A stretch of 61,491 nt of DNA from Eubacteriales bacterium (GCA_045613205.1 JAZLAO010000021.1:1-61491); one strand, 5' to 3'; numbered from the stretch's first letter, positions 41,015 through 50,697 are shown. A program made the numbers and translations. Notes: a model not told the origin generated them from the sequence alone.

Positions 41015-42967
41015 TTGAATAAGTTTTACGAAGACGTCAAAAGCAAAGCGCTCGCTTCCTACAGGGCGCTCGCAAAGGAATACGCTCCCTTTGAGGACGC
41101 AAATATGCTGCTCGGTGCTGCCGAAAAGTCGGTATCGCTCACGAGAAGCAAAACCGTCAAGACGATAGACACCGAATGGATAACGAAAATCGAGGAGGCA
41201 ATTCCCGAGCTCGATACAGTCATTCGTCGTCCTATGGTGGCAATAGAAGACGTTGACGAGGTTTTGCCTGTGGAGCTTTCGAAGCACATAACCGAAAAAT
41301 CCATAAAGCACCTCGCTCAGCACACGAATTATATTCTCGACGTCAAGGACGACGGAGAGGTCGTTCCGCAGAAGATTCTTAACGTCTTTCACGAGGAGAC
41401 CTATCTTACCTATGAGAATAAGTTCGTAAATACTTTACTCAGTAGACTTTCAGCCTTCGTCGATAAACGCTTGCGCTCCCTTGGTGGCACGAGCGGAGTT
41501 GAGATGGATTATAAGTTCGATTTTTCAACCGAATTTGAGCATCTTATCTCGGACGATGGCGGTCGAAATTCGGCTCGGATAAATCTCCGAATTGAGTTGA
41601 CCTCACCTCTCAGTCAGGAGACCTCCGAGTCGGATAATGAAATCAATGAAAGATATTCCGAGGCGCTGAACAGAATAAAGCGCATAAATATGGCTCTTAT
41701 ATCCTACCGTTCTTCCTCTTTTGCAGAAAAGCTCGGAAAGAATTATATAAGACCGCCCGTTATAAGAACTAACGCAATACTTAAAAACAAGAATCTCAGG
41801 GAGCTTTTGAATCTCTGGGAATATATCGAGGGATACGACAAGGTCGGCTATTCCTTCGTAAGCGATAAATATTACGAGCTTCCGTCGGATGAGTTCGTCG
41901 GAGGTATGTATTCGAGCGCGGCTCTGCAGTATCTTCACCTTTACAGCGGTATTTCCGGAGGGCTTGAGGATAACCGTCTTATTTCGGAAAAGCATCTCTT
42001 TGACGTTATGCCCGAGTTTGACGATGAGCTTTTGAACGACAGTATAGAAGATTATCATGTCTACGACTCGGAGTACAAAAAGACCGTACCCGTGTCAAGA
42101 CTTATGAATAACCGCAAGAAGCTTTCAGAGGACGAGAAAAAAATCAGAGAGGCTCTGCTCCTGGCTCTTCGCGAGGACGAAAGAATAACAGAGGAGCTTT
42201 TGCGCCAAGAGGAAGCAAGGCGGCTCTCCGAGGAAGAGGCAAAGCGTCTTGCTGAGGAAGAAGCAAAGCGTATTGCCGAAGAAAAAGCGAAGCGCCGCGC
42301 AGAGCAAAGAGCAAAGAGGCTCGCAGAAAAGGAAGCAAAGCGACTCGCTGAAGAAGAGGCGAAGCGTCTTGCCGAAGAAGAGGCGAAACGTTTTGCAGAG
42401 GAAGAAGCAAAGCGACTTGCCGAAGAAGAGGCGAAACGTCTTGCGGAAGAGGAAGCGAAGCAGCTCGCAGAGCAGCTTGAGCTTATGCAGCTCGAGGGCG
42501 AGGATAAGGTTGAAGAGCTTATCGAGGAGCAGCTCTCCGAGGACAAGGCTCATCTCGATACCAAGCTTGACGACGTAATAAGCTCGGTTATAAGCGGACA
42601 CAGAGCAATTCCTCTCAGTATGTTTGGCACACCCCTCGTATCGAGAGGACATTCCGGCGCGGTAATCGGTGTTTCCTTTGTCTTCAAGGGCGGAAATGAG
42701 AAGGGTGCGCTCTTCGTTGTCCCGTATACCAGGGAAGAATATATCGGAATGCCGAGAAAGAAGAAAAAGAGAGTTCTCACCTCAATCAAGGCGCTCCTTG
42801 CTTACTCATCAATAGCAAGGCTTCTGGCTGCACTTGAGAGCCTTGACAACAGGGGCGAGAGAATCAACGAGAGAATAGAGAAGCTCCGCGCAAGACTTTC
42901 CGAAAAGCGAAAGAGCCTTCCGACTTCACCCGTATGGGAAGAGGCAGTAAAAAGGGTTGTAAAATGA
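41015..42967 (+). CDS. DUF2357 (McrC N-terminal-like) protein with a charged helical repeat
   Basis: [19 protein letters not shown]2357-type motif, directly after the McrB-like gene; EEEAKRLA x11; no recognisable PD-(D/E)xK motif. Confidence 0.7.
   Translation: MNKFYEDVKSKALASYRALAKEYAPFEDANMLLGAAEKSVSLTRSKTVKTIDTEWITKIEEAIPELDTVIRRPMVAIEDVDEVLPVELSKHITEKSIKHLAQHTNYILDVKDDGEVVPQKILNVFHEETYLTYENKFVNTLLSRLSAFVDKRLRSLGGTSGVEMDYKFDFSTEFEHLISDDGGRNSARINLRIELTSPLSQETSESDNEINERYSEALNRIKRINMALISYRSSSFAEKLGKNYIRPPVIRTNAILKNKNLRELLNLWEYIEGYDKVGYSFVSDKYYELPSDEFVGGMYSSAALQYLHLYSGISGGLEDNRLISEKHLFDVMPEFDDELLNDSIEDYHVYDSEYKKTVPVSRLMNNRKKLSEDEKKIREALLLALREDERITEELLRQEEARRLSEEEAKRLAEEEAKRIAEEKAKRRAEQRAKRLAEKEAKRLAEEEAKRLAEEEAKRFAEEEAKRLAEEEAKRLAEEEAKQLAEQLELMQLEGEDKVEELIEEQLSEDKAHLDTKLDDVISSVISGHRAIPLSMFGTPLVSRGHSGAVIGVSFVFKGGNEKGALFVVPYTREEYIGMPRKKKKRVLTSIKALLAYSSIARLLAALESLDNRGERINERIEKLRARLSEKRKSLPTSPVWEEAVKRVVK
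42206..42469 (+). repeat. 11 x 24-bp coding tandem repeat (EEEAKRLA)
   Basis: Counted directly in DNA and protein. Confidence 0.95.
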
Positions 42968-43548
42968 TTTCGAATCGCAAAGCGCGTATATTAAAGGCGG
43001 TTAAAATTTCGGCAAAGGTGCTCTGGTGGTCGTTCACGGTGCTGCTGGTGATACTCCTTGTCAATATCTTGGGCTCAAAGATTCGCGGAAAAGTTCCATC
43101 GGCTTTCGGCTATTCGGTCGTTAAAATCGTCAGCGGAAGCATGGAAGACACGATTCCCCGCGGCTCTTACATCCTTATTAAAAAGACACCGCCCGAAGAC
43201 GTCGGTACAGATGATATAATCTGCTTCTATTCCACCGACCCGGTGATATACGGTGTGCCGAACACCCACCGTGTAAAAGAGGTAAAAAACGAGGGCGGAG
43301 AGTACAAATTCGTCACACGGGGCGACGCCAATGGCGCAGAAGACAAATATCTTGCCGAGGGCGGCAGACTTATCGGCGTCTACGTGAAAACGCTTGACGG
43401 ACTTACCTCGTTTTCAAATTCATTGAGTGGAAACACTCTTATAATTGTAATCATTTGTTTGCAAATATGCATAATTTCAATGGTTGTCTACTCGGTTGTT
43501 ATCTCGAAGGATCGGGCTAAAGGGGACGGGGGAGACGGCGAAGATTGA
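42964..43548 (+). CDS. sipW: signal peptidase I, SipW/S26B type (copy 2)
   Basis: VSGSME, THRV, TRGDAN..ED; ATGA overlap with the DUF2357 stop codon. Confidence 0.9.
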   Translation: MISNRKARILKAVKISAKVLWWSFTVLLVILLVNILGSKIRGKVPSAFGYSVVKIVSGSMEDTIPRGSYILIKKTPPEDVGTDDIICFYSTDPVIYGVPNTHRVKEVKNEGGEYKFVTRGDANGAEDKYLAEGGRLIGVYVKTLDGLTSFSNSLSGNTLIIVIICLQICIISMVVYSVVISKDRAKGDGGDGED

Positions 43549-43568
43549 TTTTCAGAAGGGAGAGCGTT

Positions 43569-45845
43569 ATGGAAAAGAAAAAAGAAAAACTTAAATTTTC
43601 AGAAGTTGCGCCAAGGGTGGCGCTCTTGATTTTCGCGCTATTCCTTTTGATTTATCTTATCTCGGTAATTTCCGGCTCACAGGATTTTTACAACGAGTCG
43701 GCAGAGAAAAACTCCCTCCTTTATTTCGAGGAGGATATAGAGCGGGGTGAAAATCTCGCAAGAGAGCATTATAATAACCTCTATGAAATCGTCGATAGGC
43801 TCGAATATGCCAAAAACCGCGGTGACGTTGAAGCGGTGATGGAGAGCTATATTGGCTCGGATAAATTCGGGGACCTGCGATACTATTCACAGGGTAGCTC
43901 CTATTCGGCAAACGGCGCAGAGGTGGTGCTTGAAACAAGCGGAGGAGAATATATAACGCCTCTTACCGCATCAAACCGCGAGGGCTGTACTCCCGTATAT
44001 TACGATAAGCACACGGAGCTTGATTGCATTGCCTTTTTCGTTCCGGTGCGCGGCTCTGAATTCGTTGACGGTGTGCTGTCCATACTTCCGGCTAGAAATA
44101 TTATTAAGGTAAGCTCAGTAATCAACGGCAAGGCAAGTGCCGTCGCGGCGGTAACGAAAAGCGGTAAGGTGCTTTCCGATGCCGCAAATAATGATTTTGC
44201 AATTACCCTCGGAAATAATCTATACACCTTTATAGACAGTATAACTCATAACAAGTCGGATTCCGCTCTGGTTTCCGAGGCGATATCGAAGTCCGAAAAG
44301 GGCGCCTTGACAATAAGCACGCAGGGTGCAAATTATACGGTAGCAATAGCTCCGCTTGCGCAATTTGATAACAACGTGATTCTTGTGTCCTTCAGCGAGA
44401 GCGAGGGACTTATAGCGACTGAACTTACGTATATCAGACATATCGTAAACCTTCTTATTATAGCTATTTTGGCACTGCTTGTGGGCTTTGTTTTCGCGAT
44501 GCTGTATAAGAAGAAAACGACAGAGGCAATTACAGCGGCGGCGCTTGTTGACAGCGAGCTTGACTGCCCCAATACAGAGCAGTTTAAATTGCAGGCAAAG
44601 GAGCTTATACAGTCGCGCAGACGAAGATATTCCGTTGCTTCTCTGACAGTCAAGAATTTTGCTTACGTCAAGGAGCAGCTCGGCGAGAGCGGGGCGGTTG
44701 ATTTTCTGCGCGCAATTGCTGATATAATCGCCAATCTTTCCAATCATGAGGAGTGCTACGGCTACTCTGGCGACGGAAGATTCCACGTTCTGATGATAAA
44801 CGCGAATTCTCACTCGGTATCCGACAAGATAAGCCTTATCGAAACGCTTACAAACCGCAACGATTTGCTTTCCGAGCGAGGAATGAAGATAAAGCTCTCC
44901 GCCGGAGTTTATAACGCAATCTCCTCGGGCAGACGCTCGGTGCAGGAAATGATAGACTGCGCAAACCTTGCCGCGGAGCATGCAAACGATAATATAAAAA
45001 CCAATTACACCCTCTATTCAGAGGAGGTAAGAACCGAGATAGCGCGCAACGAGAAGATTGAGGCTATGATGGAGAGCGCTCTTCTAAACAGAGAATTCCG
45101 CCTTTTCCTTCAGCCGAAATACGATCCAAAGCACGACTGTATTCATTCTGCCGAGGCTCTCGTTCGTTGGTTTGATACGCGCAGGGGCGAATATATGTTC
45201 CCCGGCGAGTTCATTCCGCTCTTCGAGTCGAACGGCTTTATAGTAAAGCTCGACCATTTCGTGTATATCGAGGTGCTTGAGTACCTTTTCGGAGCGGCAG
45301 AGCGCGGAGAAAAGGTGGTTCCTATTGCGGTCAACGTATCGAGAGTCACCGCTACAAGCCCCGATTTCATAAACTTCTACGTCGGAAACAAGAAAAAGTA
45401 CGGCATTCCCGACGGATACGTTACCCTCGAACTTACCGAGAGCTTTGCAATGGAGAGCTACGATAAGATATCTTCCATAATACGTGACCTTCATAACGGC
45501 GGACTCCGTTGCTCAATCGACGATTTCGGCTCGGGATATTCCTCCTTCAGCATACTCAAGCAGATAGATTTTGATGAGTTAAAGCTTGACAGCGTATTTA
45601 TGAAGAGAGGTATTGACGTCCGCCGCGACGATAAGCTTTTGCAGACGATAATAGACCTTGCGAAGTTCATGGGTATGAGCGTTGTTCAGGAGGGTGTCGA
45701 AACTAAGGAGCTCTTCGACAAGGTCGTGGCAATGGGCTGCGACGTAATTCAGGGATATTACTACGCGAAGGCTATATCCCTTGAGGAATTCAAGATATTC
45801 ATAAATACCAATACTTCCATAAAATACAAATCAATGGTTAAATAA
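43569..45845 (+). CDS. membrane sensor phosphodiesterase (Cache-like + degenerate GGDEF + EAL)
   Basis: Two TM helices; SGDGRF at the GGDEF position; intact AEALVRW, ELTE, DDFGSGYSS, EGVE, QGYY. Confidence 0.88.
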   Translation: MEKKKEKLKFSEVAPRVALLIFALFLLIYLISVISGSQDFYNESAEKNSLLYFEEDIERGENLAREHYNNLYEIVDRLEYAKNRGDVEAVMESYIGSDKFGDLRYYSQGSSYSANGAEVVLETSGGEYITPLTASNREGCTPVYYDKHTELDCIAFFVPVRGSEFVDGVLSILPARNIIKVSSVINGKASAVAAVTKSGKVLSDAANNDFAITLGNNLYTFIDSITHNKSDSALVSEAISKSEKGALTISTQGANYTVAIAPLAQFDNNVILVSFSESEGLIATELTYIRHIVNLLIIAILALLVGFVFAMLYKKKTTEAITAAALVDSELDCPNTEQFKLQAKELIQSRRRRYSVASLTVKNFAYVKEQLGESGAVDFLRAIADIIANLSNHEECYGYSGDGRFHVLMINANSHSVSDKISLIETLTNRNDLLSERGMKIKLSAGVYNAISSGRRSVQEMIDCANLAAEHANDNIKTNYTLYSEEVRTEIARNEKIEAMMESALLNREFRLFLQPKYDPKHDCIHSAEALVRWFDTRRGEYMFPGEFIPLFESNGFIVKLDHFVYIEVLEYLFGAAERGEKVVPIAVNVSRVTATSPDFINFYVGNKKKYGIPDGYVTLELTESFAMESYDKISSIIRDLHNGGLRCSIDDFGSGYSSFSILKQIDFDELKLDSVFMKRGIDVRRDDKLLQTIIDLAKFMGMSVVQEGVETKELFDKVVAMGCDVIQGYYYAKAISLEEFKIFINTNTSIKYKSMVK

Positions 45846-45866
45846 AGAAAGAGAGGGGGAGGCGGC

Positions 45867-45947
45867 TTGTCAAAGCAATTAAATACGAAAATCGGAATAT
45901 TTTTAGCCTCTCTGACTCTCATTATGAGTATATTCACTCTTGCCTAA
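45867..45947 (+). CDS. 26-aa hydrophobic small ORF or signal-peptide stub
   Basis: GGAGG RBS, TTG start, MSKQLNTKIGIFLASLTLIMSIFTLA*. Confidence 0.35.
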   Translation: MSKQLNTKIGIFLASLTLIMSIFTLA

Positions 45948-46014
45948 GAGAAATTATACCGAAAAAAGAAAACACGAACAGTCTTTTTGATAATTGACTG
46001 CTCGTGTTTTTATT

Positions 46015-47946
46015 TTAAGCCAAAGCCGAATGCTCGGGCTTTTTTTGATTTTCGAGAAAATCCTTCAGCTTGTCAAGCGACATCGGCTTTGCAAAGTAGT
46101 AGCCCTGTATGCCGTCGACTCCGAAGGAGCGCAGCATTTCCACCTGCTCCTCGGTTTCCGCGCCCTCTGCGACAACGTTGAGTCCCATATCGTGAAAGAG
46201 GTCGGTGAGTATGTATACGAGGTTATTGTTTTTCTGCGTGGGCATAACCGTTGAGGTAAGGCTCATATCCAGCTTGACCGTTTTTAAGGGCAACTTAAGA
46301 ACGCAGTTGAAATTACTGTATCCTGTGCCGAAGTCATCGAGATAGAAGGTGTAACCGCTTCTCGCCAGTCTTCTCATATTCTTCTCGGCGAGGCTCAGGT
46401 CGTCTATGATGACTCTCTCGGTAAATTCGAAGCTTATTCTGCTATGCGCAACGTCATAGCGGTCGACAATTTCGTTGAGCTTCTTATCAAATGCGGGGTC
46501 GGTGAGCTGTATCATAGGGAGGTTTATCGACACGCGCTTGTCCTTCAGCTCTTTGCAGCTTGAGAGCGCGCGGCAGGACTCTTCGATAACGAACCAGGTT
46601 ATAGGTATAATGTGACCGGTTTTCTCGGCGAGGGGGATAAATTCGGCAGGGCTTACGTAGGTGCCGTCCTCCTCCTTGAGCCTCAGAAGAACCTCCATAG
46701 ACGAAAAGGCATTCTTTCTAACGCTGAATATAGGCTGGAACCATATTTCGAATCCGTTTTCGGAGCTTACCGTCTGTATACGGTTGATGAGGTACTGTCT
46801 TCTGAGTCTGGTTTTGTCAAGCTCGGGAGCGCAGCGTGTGTACCTAACCTTCATATCCCTTGCTATATCGGAGGCGTGCTCGAGCTGCTCGTATACGGTG
46901 TCTGCGTCCTGTTCGCCGTTCCAGACGTATTCCGAGAGAATATAGTCGAGCTTCATCGGCGCTCCGGTGTAGTTTACGGGGGCTTCAAGGAAGGAGAGAA
47001 GCTTTTCATTCTCTTCCGTGCTTGCCGTTTCCGAAGAATAGGGCAAAACCAAGGCGAAGGTAGCTCCGTGCAAATTAAATGCAGAGGCACCGGAGAAAAG
47101 CTTGTCCAGATTGAAGGCGAAGAGGTAGAGAACCTCATCACCCATTCGGTGACCGTAATTCTGACGGATTACGCTAAGATTTTGAAGCTTGATAAGATAC
47201 GCCTTGAATTTCGTTTCGCTTTTTATTCTTTTGTTCACCTCTTGAAAAAAGCTCCTTGAGCCATTGAGATTCGTGAGCGAGTTTACACCTATGCGGTGGT
47301 TCTGGAAATTTAGGAAGAATATAAGCTCTATAAGAACTATCGAAAGAATGAATACCGAAATTTCACGGTACAAAAGTTTTGCAGAAAGAGAAAGCAATAA
47401 TATGAGCAAGGATTCCGAAAGCGCTATTCTTACGTTGCGTATCAGTCTTTTTCTGTACTTAATACAGTATGCAAGTATCAGGAGAGATTGCGGAATTATG
47501 AAAAGATAGGGGAGGAAGGGAATAACACCCTCTTTATATACGCCCGCCTGTGAAGAGGAGAAAATAAATCCTAAGGGGAGGTTAAGTATGAGCACCGCGC
47601 ATAAAAGGAGGTAAATCGCTGTAAGCGTGAGCTTTGCAAAGAGAAGATGATTTCCGCCGATATTATGCTCGCATATCTTAGCGACGAGATAGATCGCCAG
47701 TACAGATGTGGTTAAGAGCATAAATGCAAAATCCACAGTGACGCACAGCTTTATAAGCCACGGTGAAAGAGAAAAACGCGTGGTTACTTCAATGCGCAGT
47801 ATGTTGACGATTGCTGATGCCAGCGTGGTTATAAGACAAATGGTGTAATAAAGGCTAGCCTTCGTTATGTGATATTTAATGCTAAAGAACACTATCATTG
47901 TGATCGCAAGTATGAGTAATGCGAAGCAATTTCCGATAGTCGTCAT
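46015..47946 (-). CDS. multi-TM phosphodiesterase (degenerate GGDEF + EAL)
   Basis: HGATF at the GGDEF position; EVLLRL, EFTE, DDFGTGYS, AEGAE, QGYYFAKP. Confidence 0.88.
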   Translation of the reverse strand: MTTIGNCFALLILAITMIVFFSIKYHITKASLYYTICLITTLASAIVNILRIEVTTRFSLSPWLIKLCVTVDFAFMLLTTSVLAIYLVAKICEHNIGGNHLLFAKLTLTAIYLLLCAVLILNLPLGFIFSSSQAGVYKEGVIPFLPYLFIIPQSLLILAYCIKYRKRLIRNVRIALSESLLILLLSLSAKLLYREISVFILSIVLIELIFFLNFQNHRIGVNSLTNLNGSRSFFQEVNKRIKSETKFKAYLIKLQNLSVIRQNYGHRMGDEVLYLFAFNLDKLFSGASAFNLHGATFALVLPYSSETASTEENEKLLSFLEAPVNYTGAPMKLDYILSEYVWNGEQDADTVYEQLEHASDIARDMKVRYTRCAPELDKTRLRRQYLINRIQTVSSENGFEIWFQPIFSVRKNAFSSMEVLLRLKEEDGTYVSPAEFIPLAEKTGHIIPITWFVIEESCRALSSCKELKDKRVSINLPMIQLTDPAFDKKLNEIVDRYDVAHSRISFEFTERVIIDDLSLAEKNMRRLARSGYTFYLDDFGTGYSNFNCVLKLPLKTVKLDMSLTSTVMPTQKNNNLVYILTDLFHDMGLNVVAEGAETEEQVEMLRSFGVDGIQGYYFAKPMSLDKLKDFLENQKKPEHSALA

Positions 47947-48175
47947 ATAATTCGCCTTTCAGATTTATATGTAATCATTGAAAAATAAGCCTTATAGTAG
48001 CTAATCCATTAGTCATTATACACAAAAAAAGAGGGCTTGTCAATGCTGATGAAAAAATAAATAATAAATATTATTGAAAAAAAACCGCGCCTGTGCTATA
48101 CTAATTAAAAAAGGAGTTTCCATGGGGGTCTTAACCCCGAGTAAATTTAGGTAAATTCCCTTGGGGTAGGTTGTA

Positions 48176-49765
48176 ATGAAATCAATACACGGTAAATTTT
48201 TAACGATTTTAATATCCGGAATGCTTGTTCTCGCTGTTTCGATAAGTATTATCAGCGTTCTTTACATAAACAGAATTCTTGAAAATGACTCGGACATTAT
48301 AACGGGCTCGGTTGCTAATACCGAGGCTCTCAGAATAAATGAAAAGCTAAGAGAGGTCGAGTTTTCGGCAAGGACTATGGAAAACTATATCACCTCGACC
48401 CTTAACAACGTAGAAATGCTCTCCGACTCGGATTTTCTCGGCGAATATCTTAGGACGGCAAAGGAAACCTTTTACGTAGTTGCTGAAAGCTGTGAGGGCG
48501 TTGTTGCTTACTACTTCCGTCCCGACCCTCTACTCACTGATGCCTATGCTGGCTTCAATATTGCAAGAACGTCCAGCAGTGCAAGCTTCGTAGAGCTTCC
48601 CACGACCAGCCTTGCGGACTGGGAGAATGCACCGTACGAGGACGTATGCTGGTTTTCCGAGCCTAAAACGAACGGCTCTGCGGTATGGCTTGAGCCGTAT
48701 ATAGATAAAGCTATCCAAATCAATATGATTTCCTTTGTGATTCCGGTTTACAAGAATCATACATTTGTCGGTGTAGTCGGAGTCGATTACGACTTTTCAA
48801 ACCTTTGCGGTATGGTTGCAAACGTATCGGTTTATGATAACGGATTTGCTTACCTCGGAAACCCCGATAATGAGGAACAGGTATTCTATTCTCCCGTAGA
48901 CGACCACTTGCTCAGCCGCGCTCATACCGACCACGGATTTGCCGAGGAGCATAAGGTGCTTGAGAACGGTATGACACTTGTCATTCACGCCGATTACAGC
49001 GATATTCAGCGCGACAGCTACAGAATCGTAAGTGTCATTATCCTTATCGTTGTGGTGTTACTTTCGGGCTTTACCTTTATTACATATTTCCTTGTAAGAA
49101 AAGAGATTATCCGCCCTCTCAAAAAGATTACGAAGGCGGCGGAGCTGCTGGCAGACGGCAAGACCGAGCTTGACCTTCAAAGCTGCAAAACAGAGGACGA
49201 AATAGGACTGCTCGCACACGCGTTTGAGAAAACGGCCGAGAAGCTGCGCGGTTACTTATCCTATATCAACACCTTGGCGTATAAGGATGCCCTTACGGGT
49301 ATTAAAAACCGCACGGCGTACAACGAGATGACCTCGGAGATTGACGTTAAGATAAAGATAGGCTACTACGAGCCGTTTGCAATGCTTTCTGCTGATATTA
49401 ATTTCCTTAAGGAAACCAACGATAAATACGGCCACGAGATAGGAAACAAGCTGATAATTAAGGCGGCGAAGATAATCTGCAACGTATTCAAGCACTCACC
49501 CGTTTTCAGAATGGGCGGAGATGAATTTGCCGTGCTGCTTAAGGGCGAGGACTTTGAAAATCTTGACGAGCTTCTTCTTGAGCTTGATGCCCTATCCCGT
49601 GAGAGCTCTCTCATAGTTGACGGCACTGAAATTCCTATTTCGATTGCATGCGCTGCGGAAAAATTCAATCCCTCCTTTGACGTTTGCGTTGAGGACGTAT
49701 ATGACAGAGCTGATAAAAAGATGTACGAGAACAAGGAAAGAATCAAAAAATTAGCTCTCAAATGA
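48176..49765 (+). CDS. Cache-HAMP-GGDEF dinucleotide cyclase
   Basis: TM, WFSEPK...WLEPY dCache, TM, HAMP (EDEIGLLA), DALTG, NDKYGHEIGN, RMGGDEF. Confidence 0.9.
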   Translation: MKSIHGKFLTILISGMLVLAVSISIISVLYINRILENDSDIITGSVANTEALRINEKLREVEFSARTMENYITSTLNNVEMLSDSDFLGEYLRTAKETFYVVAESCEGVVAYYFRPDPLLTDAYAGFNIARTSSSASFVELPTTSLADWENAPYEDVCWFSEPKTNGSAVWLEPYIDKAIQINMISFVIPVYKNHTFVGVVGVDYDFSNLCGMVANVSVYDNGFAYLGNPDNEEQVFYSPVDDHLLSRAHTDHGFAEEHKVLENGMTLVIHADYSDIQRDSYRIVSVIILIVVVLLSGFTFITYFLVRKEIIRPLKKITKAAELLADGKTELDLQSCKTEDEIGLLAHAFEKTAEKLRGYLSYINTLAYKDALTGIKNRTAYNEMTSEIDVKIKIGYYEPFAMLSADINFLKETNDKYGHEIGNKLIIKAAKIICNVFKHSPVFRMGGDEFAVLLKGEDFENLDELLLELDALSRESSLIVDGTEIPISIACAAEKFNPSFDVCVEDVYDRADKKMYENKERIKKLALK

Positions 49766-49777
49766 CACAATTGAATA

Positions 49778-49832
49778 AAGGACCGTTTCGTCTTTGGTTA
49801 TTCACTCTTGTCTAAAGAACGGGCGGTCTTTT
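49778..49832 (+). terminator. intrinsic terminator
   Basis: AAAGGACCGTT...GGCGGTCTTTT. Confidence 0.55.
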
Positions 49833-49995
49833 GATATTGATTTTATAATTACAGATTAAAATATTGATTTATTTTATTCTTTGTGCTATTATTAGATAAC
49901 AGATTTAAATTTAAGGAAGAGATGCCCTGCGGTATCCAAATCACCGCGATTTAAATGCGATTCACGCGGTGATTTTTTCAAAAACGGAGAACAAA

Positions 49996-50150
49996 ATGTA
50001 CAGAATAGTTGACAAAAAGTGCTGAATCCCACTGTGGTACAGCTTAAAATAGAAGCTCCGCTTGTGGCAAGTAAGGCCCGTCCCGGACAATTCATAATAT
50101 TAAGAGTTGATGCGGACGGAGAGCGCACTCCGCTTACTGTTGCAGGCGTT
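49996..50150 (+). pseudogene. nfnA: 5' fragment of nfnA (frameshifted)
   Basis: Diverged copy of 14956-15110 with the same RBS and upstream promoter; 1-bp deletion after GACAAAAAG. Confidence 0.9.
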
Positions 50151-50192
50151 GCTGCATCCGTTGCATTGCGCCGTAAAGGTTTTACCAAATGT

Positions 50193-50278
50193 GACAGCCC
50201 CTAGGATTTTCAGTCGCAGAAAACATTGAAAAGAGCCTTGCACTGACCAAAATTCAGTCAGCACCAAACAAAGAAAAG
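50193..50278 (+). repeat. module-boundary repeat (..CAGCCC..TTT..GTCGCAGAAA.CA..GAAAAG), two degenerate copies
   Basis: Similar to 55679, 56603 and 60165, and weakly to 25719. Confidence 0.5.
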
Positions 50279-50520
50279 AGTTTTACATAGTAGTTTTCTT
50301 CCTATGCATTGTCAAATAGAGCATTATGGTAAATAATATCGCACTTGCGTTGCCGAAGGCAATAAAACGAACGCAATTAAATTTGAAGCATGGATATATC
50401 CCTGCTTTTACGGTTAAATCGGTACAAAGTTAATGTGCTGGCGGAAGCTTTAAATTCAATTTCTTCAGTTGCTTTGATAATATATTATCAAAGGCGAGGG
50501 TTTGTTTCTTATATCAGCTA

Positions 50521-50549
50521 TTGACTTTTTCTCGTGACAGTGATATAAT
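50521..50549 (+). promoter_or_regulatory. sigma-A promoter upstream of riboswitch 2
   Basis: TTGACT-17 bp-TATAAT with extended TG. Confidence 0.7.
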
Positions 50550-50557
50550 TATAACAA

Positions 50558-50660
50558 TAAATAAGCAAACTTGCCGTAAGGCAAGGACGCAAAGCTATAG
50601 GGACCGTCTAATACGGCCAGCCAGTTGCAGAACATGTTTTTGTGTGTTTGCAACTTTTTT
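50558..50660 (+). promoter_or_regulatory. c-di-GMP-I (GEMM-I) class riboswitch, A20 variant, with overlapping terminator
   Basis: AGCAAA-CTTGCC-GTAA-GGCAAG-GACGCAAAGCTATAGGG...GCCAGCCAGTTGC; terminator AGTTGCA...TGCAACT-T5. Confidence 0.92.
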
Positions 50661-50697
50661 GTTTCATGGACGTTTTGCGAAGAAAGGAGGATGATTT

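Larger units (their letters stand above)
30994..50150. mobile_element. captured ~19-kb chromosomal segment (cyclic-dinucleotide/SipW island) bounded by bgl 3' and nfnA 5' remnants
   Basis: Its ends are diverged copies of 14327-14706 and 14736-15110 in the same order and orientation; no integrase is present. Confidence 0.7.

Noticed and set aside
42206-42469. CRISPR array
   Set aside because: Contiguous in-frame 24-bp coding repeats with no spacers; no cas genes in the window.
39442-42967. Classical McrBC restriction system
   Set aside because: No DNA-recognition domain on the NTPase and no nuclease motif visible in the partner.
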